Source: Acidobacteriota bacterium (GTDB lineage: Bacteria; Acidobacteriota; Vicinamibacteria; Vicinamibacterales; UBA2999). From it: a DNA stretch of 64,000 bases. Under the pieces are notes generated by a model. It saw nothing but the letters and a program-made list of their open reading frames with translations, was not told where the DNA came from and searched no databases. Positions 1 through 10,187 of the stretch are shown here, in pieces. The stretch is taken from positions 66,533 to 130,532 of the forward strand of contig JAKFYH010000016.1 of the NCBI GenBank assembly GCA_021730945.1, given 5' to 3'. Within the stretch, counting starts at the first letter, position 1; every line of letters begins with the position of its first letter. A program made the translations under genes and the position numbers.

Positions 1-23
1 AGAAGCTTTGAGCCGGTCAGCAT
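1..23 (-). CDS. Probable 5' end of a gene divergent from the response regulator (runs off the window)
   Basis: ATG (cat at 21-23) reads MLTGSKL to the window edge and lies just past the inverted pair of direct-repeat boxes at 49-87. Confidence 0.35.
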
Positions 24-48
24 AGGGACAGAGCCTACCAGTGACCAG

Positions 49-87
49 CTGAACCGAACGTGAAGGCGTCATTCAGGTGTCGTTCAG
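49..87. promoter_or_regulatory. OmpR-family direct-repeat boxes in both orientations (probable binding site of the adjacent RR)
   Basis: CTGAA(49)-N6-GTGAA(60) and TTCAG(72)-N6-TTCAG(83); 11-bp period; CACAAT -10 at 100-105. Confidence 0.55.
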
Positions 88-111
88 CGGCAAAGCAGGC
101 ACAATTGCAGC

Positions 112-774
112 GTGCGCATCCTGGTGGCGGAGGACGAAGCCGCCTTGTCGGAACAACTTGCAGCCGCCTTGGGCACGGCTGGTTACGCCGTGGACTGTGC
201 CGTTGATGGCGAGCGCGCCGACTTTCTGGGACGAACCGAAGGGTACGACGCCGTGGTGCTCGACCTCGGCCTTCCCAAGGTCGATGGCCTGACCCTGTTG
301 CGCCGCTGGCGTGAGTCGGGCATCGGCACCCCGGTGCTGGTGCTGACAGCTCGCGGCAGCTGGCACGAGAAGGTCCTGGGCATCGACGGCGGAGCCGACG
401 ACTACATGGCCAAGCCGTTCGAAATCGAGGAGGTGCTGGCGCGCCTGCGGGCGCTGATTCGCCGCGCCAGCGGCCAGGTGACACCCGCGATCACGATCGG
501 CGCCCTGGTACTCGATCCGCGCAGTGCGCGCGTCTCGCTGGCCGGCGTGCCCGTTAAGCTCACCAGCCACGAGTTTCGCGTGCTGTCCTATCTCATGCAC
601 CACCGCGGCAGGATCGTCTCGCAGGGCGAACTGACCGAGCATATCTATTCACAGGGATTCGACCGCGATTCGAACACGGTGGAAGTGTTCGTGGCGCGGC
701 TGCGGCGCAAGTTGGGCGGTTCGCTGATTGCGACGGTGCGCGGCATGGGCTACCGCATTGAGGAACCGGCATGA
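112..774 (+). CDS. OmpR/PhoB-family DNA-binding response regulator
   Basis: REC (LVAEDE, LDLGLP, LTAR, KPF) plus winged helix (SNTVEVFVARLRRKL, TVRGMGY). Confidence 0.95.
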   Translation: MRILVAEDEAALSEQLAAALGTAGYAVDCAVDGERADFLGRTEGYDAVVLDLGLPKVDGLTLLRRWRESGIGTPVLVLTARGSWHEKVLGIDGGADDYMAKPFEIEEVLARLRALIRRASGQVTPAITIGALVLDPRSARVSLAGVPVKLTSHEFRVLSYLMHHRGRIVSQGELTEHIYSQGFDRDSNTVEVFVARLRRKLGGSLIATVRGMGYRIEEPA

Positions 775-1769
775 GGCGGCTGTTGTCGTTGCGGGCGCGG
801 ATTCTGATCGGCGCGGCGTTGTGGACCGCTGGACTGTTCACGCTGGCGGGGTTGGTACTGACGCAGGCAATGTTCCGCCATCCCAACGCGCCGGGAGTGT
901 TTCACGACCTCTTCTTGAACGTCTGGCCCTTGTCGATCGTGGCAGCAGTGTGCCTGGTGGCGGGGCTGTCCCAGATCAGGCGCGGGCTGACGCCGTTTGA
1001 TGAACTGCGCGTTCGTCTCGGGGGCGTGCGCGAAGGCCGAGACAAGCGACTGGAAGGCGCCTACCCTGCTGAGGTTCAACCGCTGGTGGCTGACCTGAAC
1101 GGGCTGTTACAGGACCGCGAGCAGCGGGTCACGCGGGCGCTGACCAAGGCCGGCGACCTGGCGCATGGACTCAAGACACCGCTTGCGGTGTTGAACCGCG
1201 AAGCGGAGCGAGCGCGGGCGGCAGGGCAGAATGAGCTGGCAACGGCCATTACACGGCAGGTCGAACGCATGGGCCGGCAGGTGGACTATCACCTCGCCCA
1301 GGCGCGCGCCTCGGCGTCGGGCGGCAACCCCGGTATCCGCTGCCACGTGCTGACCTCGGCTGATGGGCTGGCCCGCACCATGCACACGCTGCACGCCGAT
1401 CGCGGGATCAACGTGAAGATCGACGTGTCGCCCGAACACTTCGTACGGGGCCTGCGTGAGGATCTTGATGAGATGCTCGGCAACCTGGTTGACAACGCGT
1501 GCAAGTGGGCGCAGTCGCGGGTGAGCGTCACCTCAATCCTCGAGGCGTCACGGGTGACCATTCTCGTGGACGACGATGGCGCCGGACTGGATCCATCGCT
1601 GCGGGAAACGGCGTTACGCCGAGGTGTGAGAGTGGATGAGGCGGCGCCCGGCTCGGGTCTGGGTCTGGCGATCGTCCGCGATCTGGCCGAACTGTATGAC
1701 GGTTCGATCTCGCTGCACTCCTCCCCGATGGGTGGTGTCCGCGCGCGCCTCGAGCTGCCGCGAGCTTGA
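771..1769 (+). CDS. Membrane sensor histidine kinase (PhoQ/QseC-like)
   Basis: Two TM segments, H-box LAHGLKTPL, N-box GNLVDNACK, DDGAG, GSGLGL; ATGA overlap with the RR. Confidence 0.95.
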   Translation: MRRLLSLRARILIGAALWTAGLFTLAGLVLTQAMFRHPNAPGVFHDLFLNVWPLSIVAAVCLVAGLSQIRRGLTPFDELRVRLGGVREGRDKRLEGAYPAEVQPLVADLNGLLQDREQRVTRALTKAGDLAHGLKTPLAVLNREAERARAAGQNELATAITRQVERMGRQVDYHLAQARASASGGNPGIRCHVLTSADGLARTMHTLHADRGINVKIDVSPEHFVRGLREDLDEMLGNLVDNACKWAQSRVSVTSILEASRVTILVDDDGAGLDPSLRETALRRGVRVDEAAPGSGLGLAIVRDLAELYDGSISLHSSPMGGVRARLELPRA

Positions 1770-1781
1770 GAGATGACCGCA

Positions 1782-1822
1782 GATCGGGAGATCAGAAGTT
1801 AAGGAATCAGAATTACTCCTTT
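1782..1822. repeat. Degenerate 8-bp-period GATCAGGA-type intergenic repeat
   Basis: GATCGGGA GATCAGAA GTTAAGGA; related to the copies at 43311 and 46200. Confidence 0.4.
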
Positions 1823-1854
1823 GCTGAGCCCCTATAATCCCCAGAGGGGAAACC

Positions 1855-2475
1855 ATGAGACTTGTCCGAGTGCTTTCTGTTGCGATCCTGCTTGCCGGCG
1901 CGGCGCCGATCTTGACCGACGCGCATTTCAAGCTGCTTGAGCCGGCATCCAGGCTGGTGGAAGATCAGCGTGGCGACCCGCAGAAGCTCGGGCCGTGCGG
2001 CGGCACGTCGGCCAACCCCGGCACCCCGAGCGGCATCGTCAACGCCGCCCAGGGCGGTTCGAAGCTTCACATCAAGTTGCAGGAAACGATCTACCACCCG
2101 GGCTTCTACCGCGTGGCGCTGGCGGTGAAGTCGGTGGACGAGCTGCCGCCGGACCCGGTGGCGATCACGCGCGAGACAGCGAAGGGTCCGTGGTCGATAT
2201 CCGGCGCGATCCAGAGCAACCCGCAAATGCCGGTGCTTGCCGACGGCCTGTTCTCACACCGCACCCGGCCGGCCGCTGGAACGCAGCTGCCGCCCTTCGA
2301 GACCGACGTCGATCTGCCCAACATCAACTGCGAGAAGTGCACGGTGCAGATCGTGCAGTTCATGGAAGACCACGGCTACAACAAAGATGGCGGTTACACC
2401 TACCACCACTGCGCCGATGTGAAGATCACGGCCGATCCGGCCAAGCCGATCGACAAGGGCTGGCCGGGTCAGTAG
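1855..2475 (+). CDS. Secreted polysaccharide-monooxygenase-like (SCE4755-type) His1 protein
   Basis: Signal peptide ending TDA then His (HFKLLEP), GPCGG, YHPG, C-x2-C-TVQ-x2-Q, YHHCAD. Confidence 0.75.
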   Translation: MRLVRVLSVAILLAGAAPILTDAHFKLLEPASRLVEDQRGDPQKLGPCGGTSANPGTPSGIVNAAQGGSKLHIKLQETIYHPGFYRVALAVKSVDELPPDPVAITRETAKGPWSISGAIQSNPQMPVLADGLFSHRTRPAAGTQLPPFETDVDLPNINCEKCTVQIVQFMEDHGYNKDGGYTYHHCADVKITADPAKPIDKGWPGQ

Positions 2476-2901
2476 CTACTGCGCCGGCTTCGGCGCCTTG
2501 CCGAACACTTCGACGATGGTCGCGGTCATGGTGCCGGTGTTCGTGAACGTATGCATCACGCCGCCCTTCAGGTCGACGACATCACCGGCCTTGACCTCAA
2601 CCGGCGGCTGACCCTCGATGGTCAACACCAGTTGGCCGGTCAGCAGCGTGAAGACGTGATAGGTCGCCTCGGCGTGATTGTGCATCCGGCGAACGGCGCC
2701 CGGCTCGGCCCAATCGCGCAGTACCCGAAACTCGGGTCGATCCATCACCACCATCGATGAGATGCCGGGATCGCCAGCCACCGCCCGGCCCTTCTCGGGC
2801 CCGCCGATGGCCTGCGCCGCCAATGCGGACGAGACCGAACTGCCTGGCAGTGAAACAGCCAGCATGAATCCTGCCGCCACCATGAATCGCCTGATGCCCA
2901 T
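2476..2901 (-). CDS. Secreted cupin-domain protein
   Basis: Signal-like N-terminus; MHNH...GVMH cupin motifs; start reassigned to ATG 2901 (2883 also possible). Confidence 0.8.
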   Translation of the reverse strand: MGIRRFMVAAGFMLAVSLPGSSVSSALAAQAIGGPEKGRAVAGDPGISSMVVMDRPEFRVLRDWAEPGAVRRMHNHAEATYHVFTLLTGQLVLTIEGQPPVEVKAGDVVDLKGGVMHTFTNTGTMTATIVEVFGKAPKPAQ

Positions 2902-2923
2902 GCGCCCTATACTACCGTCGGGC

Positions 2924-3454
2924 ATGGGCGCGCGGTTCATTTTCGGTGTGGGGTTCTGGCTGGCCGTGCACGCCGGTGTGCTCGCGCAGGCACCAGCGCG
3001 GACGCCGGACATTCACTTCAATCCCACCCGCCACGCCATTGCCGACGCCATGCTGCAACTGGCCGCGGTCACCGCCGAAGACGTGGTCTTCGACCTGGGG
3101 TCGGGCGACGGTCGCATCCCGATCATTGCCGCCCAGAAATATGGCGCCCGTGGCGTGGGTGTGGAAATCGACCCGCGGCTGGTCAACCAGTCGTGGGGTA
3201 ATGCCAACGACGCCGAAGTCGCCAATCGCGTGAGCTTCCGGGTTGGCGATCTGTTCGAAACCGACCTCGCCGGCGCCACCGTCGTCACCATGTACCTGTC
3301 ACCCAGCATCATGAAGCGGCTGATGCCGAGGCTGAGAACCCTCCCACCGGGGACTCGAATCGTCTCGCACCAGTTCGACATGCCCGGCTGGCCACCCGAT
3401 GAACGGCGCAAGGTGGACGAGGCTGAGATCTTCTTGTGGAGAATTCCGAAATGA
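2924..3454 (+). CDS. Class I SAM-dependent methyltransferase (signal-like N-terminus)
   Basis: DLGSGDGR, GVEID, VVTMYL, RIVSHQF; TATACT at 2908-2913 upstream. Confidence 0.9.
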   Translation: MGARFIFGVGFWLAVHAGVLAQAPARTPDIHFNPTRHAIADAMLQLAAVTAEDVVFDLGSGDGRIPIIAAQKYGARGVGVEIDPRLVNQSWGNANDAEVANRVSFRVGDLFETDLAGATVVTMYLSPSIMKRLMPRLRTLPPGTRIVSHQFDMPGWPPDERRKVDEAEIFLWRIPK

Positions 3455-5340
3455 CAACCGCCGCGCGCGTGCTCGAGATTCGAGGCACGATCGAGACCCT
3501 TTACCCGGATGTGCTGACACCGGCCGCGATCGCCGCTCTGGAACATCTCGCCCATTTCGATCGGCGGCGCCGGACGCTGATGGCGGCGCGAATCGCCCGC
3601 CGGCGGGAGCGGGCTGCACAACGCCAACCGATCGACTTTCTCGCCGCTGATGCGCTGATTGCCGGCACCGGCATCCTGGTCGGCGACGCCAGGGACGGAC
3701 GATTCACCGGCGGCGAAATCCCCGATGACTTGCGCCGCCAGTGGATTCAGGGCACCGGCCCGGCCGCTCGTCCGAATGCGCCGACCGCCACCAGCATCCG
3801 CAACGTCGCCTACGCGCTCCTGTCTGGCGCCGACGGCTGGATGTTCGACGGCGAGGATGCACTCGGCCAGGTGTCGACCATGTCGCTCGACAACCAGCGA
3901 AACCTGAAGCTGGCCATCCACGACGACCCGGTGTTCCTGCAGGTGGCCGAACAGGTGGCCGCCGAGATGAACCTGTGGGCCGAGGGCTTCTTCAAGCGGC
4001 CGATCATCAGCGACTGGCGGCAGCAGCTCCGTTTCACTACCAGGATCTTTCGCGCGCGCGGATTGCATCTTGACGACCGGCAGATTCGCCTGGCCACCGG
4101 CGAAGGCTTCTCCGCGTCGATTGTCGACGCCACTCTCTACGTCGTGAACAACTACCAGCGGCTCGGCAGCCACGGTGCGTCAGTGGTGCTCTACCTGCCG
4201 AAGATCCAGACCGCCGAGGAAGCAGCGCTCTGGAACGACATACTTGACGCGCTCGAGTCGCATCTTGGCCTCACGGCCGGCACCATCAAGGCCTACGTGC
4301 TGGTGGAACAGGTCGAGGCCTGCTTCCAGTTGATGGAGATTCGCGCCGCGCTGGGCCGCCACTTTGTTGGCTTCAACACCGGCCGCTGGGACTACATCAA
4401 CAGCGTCTCTGATGCGATGGCGTGGGACGGCGCCTTCGTCAATCCCAACATCGACGCCATCACCATGACCTACGGCTACATGCGCCACTACGAAGATCGG
4501 GTCCGCCGGGCGGTGAACACGCCCGATCGCGATGGCCGCTTTGCGCTGTGGCAAGGCGGCATGGAGCCGAACATTCCGGTCGGGTCGGCGGCCGGCGTTG
4601 CCGCCGGCATGAAGCGCGCGCTTGCCGGAGCGGAGCGGGAACAACGTGAGGGCGCCAGTGGCAAATGGGTGGCTCACTGGAAGATGGTGCATATCGTGCG
4701 GCCCGTCTGGGAACGCGCAGGCGAGGCCAACCAACTGGGCCGGGCGTTCCCGCGGCTCAGCTATTCGAATGAAGACGCCGCCGGGCTGACCCAACTCGAA
4801 CCGGCGCCGCGGACGGTTCGCGGCGCCCGCGACCTGATCAGCGTGGCCATCCAATACGGCAATGCCTTCGGCCAGGGCCTGCAGGCCGCCGCCCTGAAGC
4901 CGGCCGACTTCTTCGGCAACGACGATGTGCTCTATCTGATGGAGGACATGGCGACCGGCGAGATCCGGCTGAGCATCTTGTGGGAGTGGCTGCACAAGGG
5001 TGCCACGTTGACCGAGGACGGCGACGGCGTTCGCGCGGGTGATAGGTTCTCGCGTGAACTGTGCACGCGGTTGCTTGCCGAGGAGTATGAGAAGTTGCTG
5101 AACGCGGCCGATCGCGACGTCTACGAAATGTCGAAGACCACGACCCTGCCGATTGCCAGGGAGATCGTCGCCACCTACGTCATGGACGAGCTCAAGTTGC
5201 CGTGGTACATAGACCTGTTGAACATTAACCTGGGCAACCATGACCTGGGCGAAGCGAAACGGCGGATTCAGTTGCTTGCCGACGCTTTTCGCGCCGACGG
5301 GACGAGGATCACCCAGAACCTGGACTTCGGCCGGGGCTAG
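3451..5340 (+). CDS. aceB: Malate synthase
   Basis: WMFDGED, YLPKIQ, FNTGRWDY, GGM, KWVAH, LMEDMATGEI; ATGA overlap with the upstream gene. Confidence 0.85.
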   Translation: MTTAARVLEIRGTIETLYPDVLTPAAIAALEHLAHFDRRRRTLMAARIARRRERAAQRQPIDFLAADALIAGTGILVGDARDGRFTGGEIPDDLRRQWIQGTGPAARPNAPTATSIRNVAYALLSGADGWMFDGEDALGQVSTMSLDNQRNLKLAIHDDPVFLQVAEQVAAEMNLWAEGFFKRPIISDWRQQLRFTTRIFRARGLHLDDRQIRLATGEGFSASIVDATLYVVNNYQRLGSHGASVVLYLPKIQTAEEAALWNDILDALESHLGLTAGTIKAYVLVEQVEACFQLMEIRAALGRHFVGFNTGRWDYINSVSDAMAWDGAFVNPNIDAITMTYGYMRHYEDRVRRAVNTPDRDGRFALWQGGMEPNIPVGSAAGVAAGMKRALAGAEREQREGASGKWVAHWKMVHIVRPVWERAGEANQLGRAFPRLSYSNEDAAGLTQLEPAPRTVRGARDLISVAIQYGNAFGQGLQAAALKPADFFGNDDVLYLMEDMATGEIRLSILWEWLHKGATLTEDGDGVRAGDRFSRELCTRLLAEEYEKLLNAADRDVYEMSKTTTLPIAREIVATYVMDELKLPWYIDLLNINLGNHDLGEAKRRIQLLADAFRADGTRITQNLDFGRG

Positions 5341-5444
5341 GACAGCCGCAGATTGCGTTTCGGACCGGACCAGCCGCAGCTTAAAGGCGGACCGGGCGGC
5401 CGTCGAACAGTCGAAGCGTAAACAACAGAAACTGAGGACCTCCG

Positions 5445-6398
5445 ATGGGCCGCACATTGCCTCTTACAGTCGCGCTCGTGATGGTTGGTTGTGTGGGGCA
5501 CATCCTCGCGCAGCAACCGGCAGCCCCGCGTCCCGTGCCGACCAGCGCGTGGGCCTCGAAGCCGGCGAAGACGCCGGATTATGTACCGCCGCAGAAGCCG
5601 TGGGTCAAGCTGTCGGACCTGAAGGCCAGGCACAAAGGCCAGGCCGACTGGCGCGAACTCCTGGTGGACGACGGGCGATTGACGGCGGAGTATTTCTCGG
5701 CCGCGCCGGGAACCAAAGTCGAGCCGCGGTTTCATCCTGACACGCGCGAGTGGTTTGCGGTGGTCGAGGGGGAAGTGCGGGTTGAGATTGAGGGCCAGGC
5801 GCCAATCACGGCCACGCGTGGATCGCTCGTCAACATTCCGCGCCAGACGATCTACTCGATTGAGACGGTTGGCACCACGCCGAGCCTGAGGTTCGTCGTG
5901 AATGTGGCTCGAGCGAAGACGTTGTTCCCGCAGGATGGTCCGCCGCCGGCAGCGCCGGGCCCCGGCACGTCGTGGGTGCCGGTGACGATCAATCGGACGC
6001 CGGCGCGATACGACGAGTTCAACCAGCCGCACCTCAACATTCACGAGGCCGCCGCGAAGAACGAGAAGTATTCGGGTGGACGATTCGTTCGCGACGACAA
6101 ATCCGAGATGCTGGTGCTCTACGGTCACGAGAAGAACCTGCCGCCGCTGGATCCGCTGGACAAGGGCCACTTCCACGCCGAGAGCGCCGAGTTCTGGCTG
6201 GTGTTCACGGGGAAGATTCGCTACGCCTTTGAAGGTCAGCAACCATTCATTGCCAGCGAGGGCGACGTCGTCTACGTGCCGGCCAACACCTGGCATGCCA
6301 CTCGATACACGGGACCGGATCCGTCGTGCCGCCTTTCGATCACTGAGTACGTGGGTAATGCATTATTGCTTGAGCCGCGCAAGCCACCTTTCAACTGA
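5445..6398 (+). CDS. Secreted double-cupin protein
   Basis: Signal peptide; two cupin repeats (FHPDTREWF; HFHAESAEFW...NTWH). Confidence 0.8.
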   Translation: MGRTLPLTVALVMVGCVGHILAQQPAAPRPVPTSAWASKPAKTPDYVPPQKPWVKLSDLKARHKGQADWRELLVDDGRLTAEYFSAAPGTKVEPRFHPDTREWFAVVEGEVRVEIEGQAPITATRGSLVNIPRQTIYSIETVGTTPSLRFVVNVARAKTLFPQDGPPPAAPGPGTSWVPVTINRTPARYDEFNQPHLNIHEAAAKNEKYSGGRFVRDDKSEMLVLYGHEKNLPPLDPLDKGHFHAESAEFWLVFTGKIRYAFEGQQPFIASEGDVVYVPANTWHATRYTGPDPSCRLSITEYVGNALLLEPRKPPFN

Positions 6399-6442
6399 AC
6401 TGACCACCGTTGGTGGCCGGTTCGCTCAAGGCCGGTAACTGA

Positions 6443-7837
6443 CTAGCGATCGTTCAGCCTGATCGACCGGACGATGCGGTCGAATGCGGCCTCGTACGAG
6501 CCGAGTTCGCGGCCGGGCGCCACTGCCAGGTGGTAAAACAGGTCGCCGTCGGCCAGGAGCGTCGTGTAGACGTCGATGTGCTCGGGTCCGCCCAGTACCG
6601 ATCGGCCTTCGAGCGGCGTGAGGATAGCGGCACGCCCGGAGATTCGCACGTTGCGTTGCGCGCCGACCACGCCCATCTCCCGGTTACTCTGGATGATGCC
6701 GTCGATGAAGGCCTGGGTGGCCTGCCGCAGGTCGCGTGATGCGGCGCGCGCGACGCCCAGCTCCACGCCGTGCGTCATCACGTCCTGCCCATTTGAGGGC
6801 CCGTAGGCGTTCTGGGGCACGTACTTTACGGAACTGTTGGAGGCGAGCGCGGTCCAATTGGCGGGCACGCTCAGTTGAAACAGTTGGCCGCCTCGCACCG
6901 TTCGGTACTGGGTTGAGGGCGGCGGCACGGCGTCGCCGACGCGGCCGACCGATACCGGCGCACGGTTGCCTGCTCCGCCGGCGCGTTCGACGTCGGCCAT
7001 CGTCCGGGCCGGCGGGAGCGAGGCGAGCCGTGCCCGTGCTTGCGCGAATCCGGCGTCGTCGGGTCGCGGCGCAATCTTCAGTTGCGATGCTTCCTGGTTG
7101 ATGTACTCGGTGCGGTTGCCAGGGTTGGGGTGGCTGCTGAGCCACTGGGGCGGGGTCGATCCACCTTGCTTCTGGATGGTTTCGAACATCCGCGCCAGGT
7201 CGCGCGGGTCGTAACCAGCCTGCGCCATGATCTGAGCGCCGAGCAGGTCGGCCTGTTTCTCGTAGTCGCGGCTGTACTTCATGAGCCAGGTGCCGAGGCC
7301 GAACTGCGATCCCTGGGAGATGACTTCGCCCCACCCGCCGCCGATCACTGCTCCGGCAATGGCGCCGGCGAGGGCGCCGAGCTGGAAGCCCTGCGCCTTG
7401 GTGGCGTTGGCCGTGCCATGGCGCAGCAGCACATGCGCCAGTTCGTGCGCCATCACTCCGGCGACCTCACCTTCGCCGGCCGCGGCTTCAATCATTCCCC
7501 GGTTGACGAACATGGGCCCGCCGGGCAGGGCAAAGGCGTTGATGTCCTTCAGGTTGACCGGCGTGAACGAGTACTCGAATTGCGGTCTGTCGAGGGCCGG
7601 GGGAGCCGTGGCGACCAGGCGCTTGCCGAGGCGGTCGAGGTAGTCCTCGATTCGGTCGTCGGTGATGAGCGGATACTGTTGCCGGACCTCAGCCGCGGCC
7701 TCTCGCCCAATCTGCACATCCTGCTCGATCGTGTATTTATTCTTGGGCGGGGTGACCTTGGTCTGTGCCACCGCGGTCGTGGCCACCAGGGCGAACACCA
7801 CGGCCAGCCGGCTGAGCAGTCTCATTTTCGTCTCCAT
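6443..7837 (-). CDS. M48-family Zn metallopeptidase with C-terminal extension
   Basis: Signal peptide, INAFALPGG, HELAH, YSRDYEKQAD, SSHP. Confidence 0.93.
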   Translation of the reverse strand: METKMRLLSRLAVVFALVATTAVAQTKVTPPKNKYTIEQDVQIGREAAAEVRQQYPLITDDRIEDYLDRLGKRLVATAPPALDRPQFEYSFTPVNLKDINAFALPGGPMFVNRGMIEAAAGEGEVAGVMAHELAHVLLRHGTANATKAQGFQLGALAGAIAGAVIGGGWGEVISQGSQFGLGTWLMKYSRDYEKQADLLGAQIMAQAGYDPRDLARMFETIQKQGGSTPPQWLSSHPNPGNRTEYINQEASQLKIAPRPDDAGFAQARARLASLPPARTMADVERAGGAGNRAPVSVGRVGDAVPPPSTQYRTVRGGQLFQLSVPANWTALASNSSVKYVPQNAYGPSNGQDVMTHGVELGVARAASRDLRQATQAFIDGIIQSNREMGVVGAQRNVRISGRAAILTPLEGRSVLGGPEHIDVYTTLLADGDLFYHLAVAPGRELGSYEAAFDRIVRSIRLNDR

Positions 7838-8041
7838 TGTCCGGTTCGTATTTCAAGAACCGCGCCGACTTTCCAGACCCGAAACGGCCTCTTCAGGAAC
7901 CGATCCAGCCCAAGTGGGGCAGCCAGCCGTCCATAAACGGTAAGACGATGTTACCGAAAAGTGGTTTCAGGAAGGCAGGAAGGGCACGATACTTGCTTTA
8001 GGCAAGGCGTGGATCAACATTATCGCGCTGGAGAGAGAACG

Positions 8042-8860
8042 ATGAAGACAATCATGGGCGTAATCGCTGCCGTGACGCTGGCCGGGGCCATCGCTTCCGC
8101 GCAGTCGGCGCCGGACATGACCACTCTGGAACAAAAGTTTCAGGACGTCCAGGCCGCCCAGGCCCGTAGTAACGACACCATGTTCGCCGATGAGGTCGCC
8201 GAGATTCGCGACGACCTCGCCTACCTGCGCGTGAAGGCGCGTCGTGGTGAGACCGTCTCGACCCGCGAGCGGCGCGAGTTGGGCGACCGCATCGACCGGC
8301 TGGCCACCAGGCTCCAGAGCCGCATTACCGCTGCCCGCGAGCGGTCGACGAGCAGCGCCGATCGCATGTTGGCCGCCGGCAGCGAGCTCGACGTGCGGCT
8401 GCGAACGCGCCTCTATTCCGACACCGCGAAGGTCGAGGACCGCGTGGAAGCGACCACCGTGATTGACCTGTACCGCGGCGACGAATTGCTGGTGCCGGCT
8501 GGTTCACTGATGACTGGATACGTGTCGTCGGTCGATCGGGCGAGCCGCACCGATCGCAAGGGCAGTCTGACCGTTCAATTCACCAAGTTCACCGTCAACG
8601 GCCGCACCCGCGATGTCCGCGCCCACGTGAAGCAGGTGCTCGAGAGTGAAGGGATCAAGGGCGAGGCCGGACGAATCGGCGCCGGCGCCGGTGTTGGTGC
8701 GATTCTCGGCGGCATTCTCGGCGGCGTGAAGGGGGCCATTGCCGGCATCCTGATTGGCGGCGGCGGCGTAATCGCGGCCACCGAGGGCAAGGACGTCGAC
8801 TTGCCGGTCGGCACGGTCCTGCGGGTGCAGTTCGAAGAGGCCGTGCCGCTGGGCAACTAG
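8042..8860 (+). CDS. Secreted hypothetical protein: coiled coil, beta domain and glycine zipper
   Basis: Signal peptide after a GGAG RBS; [16 protein letters not shown] zipper; [11 protein letters not shown]-terminus. Confidence 0.75.
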   Translation: MKTIMGVIAAVTLAGAIASAQSAPDMTTLEQKFQDVQAAQARSNDTMFADEVAEIRDDLAYLRVKARRGETVSTRERRELGDRIDRLATRLQSRITAARERSTSSADRMLAAGSELDVRLRTRLYSDTAKVEDRVEATTVIDLYRGDELLVPAGSLMTGYVSSVDRASRTDRKGSLTVQFTKFTVNGRTRDVRAHVKQVLESEGIKGEAGRIGAGAGVGAILGGILGGVKGAIAGILIGGGGVIAATEGKDVDLPVGTVLRVQFEEAVPLGN

Positions 8861-8948
8861 CGGCCGGGCGGCCGCGGCCGATCGCCGGTCACACGCTGAG
8901 GTAAGATTGCGGACCGGGCACCTTCCTTTCGCCCGTGGAGAATCAGGC

Positions 8949-10181
8949 ATGAACCATCAGTTGATCGCGGCAACCGTGACCCTGGCCGTGGCGGGCGCGG
9001 TGAGCGTGGCCGCCGCGCAGGGCGTCGATCCGCGCCCTCCCAATAACCCCCAGCAGACGCCTGCCGCCGCCGGCCAGACCGATGCGCCGGCTGTGAAGTC
9101 GACCGTCGCCTTTGATGTGGTGACGGTGGCCGAAGGCCTGGTCAACCCGTGGAGCCTTGCGTTCCTGCCGAACGGCAAGATGCTGGTGACCGAGCGTCCC
9201 GGCCGGCTCCGCGTGCTCGGTGCCGACGGCACGCTGTCGGCTCCGGTCGCGGGCCTGCCTCCGGTCGACGCGCGCGGCCAGGGCGGCTTGCTGGACGTGG
9301 CTCTCGACCCGGCGTTTGCGAAGAACAACCTGATCTACTGGAGCTATGCCGAGCCGAAAGTGGGCGAGGCCGGTGTCAACAACACGGCGGTGGCCCGCGG
9401 CCGGTTTGTCGACGATGGGGCTGCGCCGCGGGTGGACGACATGCAGGTGATCTATCACCAGCGGCCGTCACTCAACTCGCCGTTGCATTTTGGCAGCCGC
9501 CTGGTCTTCGGCCGTGACGGCACCTTGTTTGTGACCCAGGGCGACCGCTCGATCACCGAGGGCCGGATGCAGGCGCAGACGCTGTCGAGCGGCCTCGGCA
9601 AGATCGTCCGCATCAACACCGATGGATCGATTCCGAAGGACAACCCGTTTGTCGGCAAGGACGGCGTGTTGCCGGAGATCTGGTCGTTCGGTCACCGCAA
9701 CATCCAGTCGGCGGCGCTGCACCCCACGACCGGTGAACTGTGGGAAGTGGAACATGGCACTCGTGGCGGCGACGAGATCAACATCGCCCGCAAGGGCAAG
9801 GACTACGGCTGGCCGACCATTGCCTACGGCATCGAGTACCGCGGCGGTCCCATCACCGGCGGCATCACGCAGCAGGCCGGCATGGAGCAGCCGCTGTATT
9901 TCTGGGATCCGATCATTGGTCCGAGCGGCATGACCTTCTACACCGGCTCGTTGTTCCCGGCCTGGAAGGGCAACCTGTTTGTTGGCGGCCACGGGACCAA
10001 CGACCTGGTCCGGCTGGTTCTTGACGGCGACAAGGTGATTGGCGAGGAGCGGCTGCTGACCGATCTGCAGCCGAAGCCGGAGCGCATTCGCGACGTGCGC
10101 ACCGGTCCTGACGGCGCGATCTATGTCGTAACCGACAGCAACAGCGCCCGCATCCTCAAGCTCGTCCCCAAGAAGAGCTAG
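8949..10181 (+). CDS. PQQ-dependent sugar (glucose/sorbosone) dehydrogenase
   Basis: [40 protein letters not shown]. Confidence 0.93.
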   Translation: MNHQLIAATVTLAVAGAVSVAAAQGVDPRPPNNPQQTPAAAGQTDAPAVKSTVAFDVVTVAEGLVNPWSLAFLPNGKMLVTERPGRLRVLGADGTLSAPVAGLPPVDARGQGGLLDVALDPAFAKNNLIYWSYAEPKVGEAGVNNTAVARGRFVDDGAAPRVDDMQVIYHQRPSLNSPLHFGSRLVFGRDGTLFVTQGDRSITEGRMQAQTLSSGLGKIVRINTDGSIPKDNPFVGKDGVLPEIWSFGHRNIQSAALHPTTGELWEVEHGTRGGDEINIARKGKDYGWPTIAYGIEYRGGPITGGITQQAGMEQPLYFWDPIIGPSGMTFYTGSLFPAWKGNLFVGGHGTNDLVRLVLDGDKVIGEERLLTDLQPKPERIRDVRTGPDGAIYVVTDSNSARILKLVPKKS

Positions 10182-10187
10182 GCGGGA

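Noticed and set aside
5341-5396. Degenerate duplication of about 28 bp (CAGCCGCAG...CGGACCGG twice)
   Set aside because: Only two imperfect copies; no evidence of function
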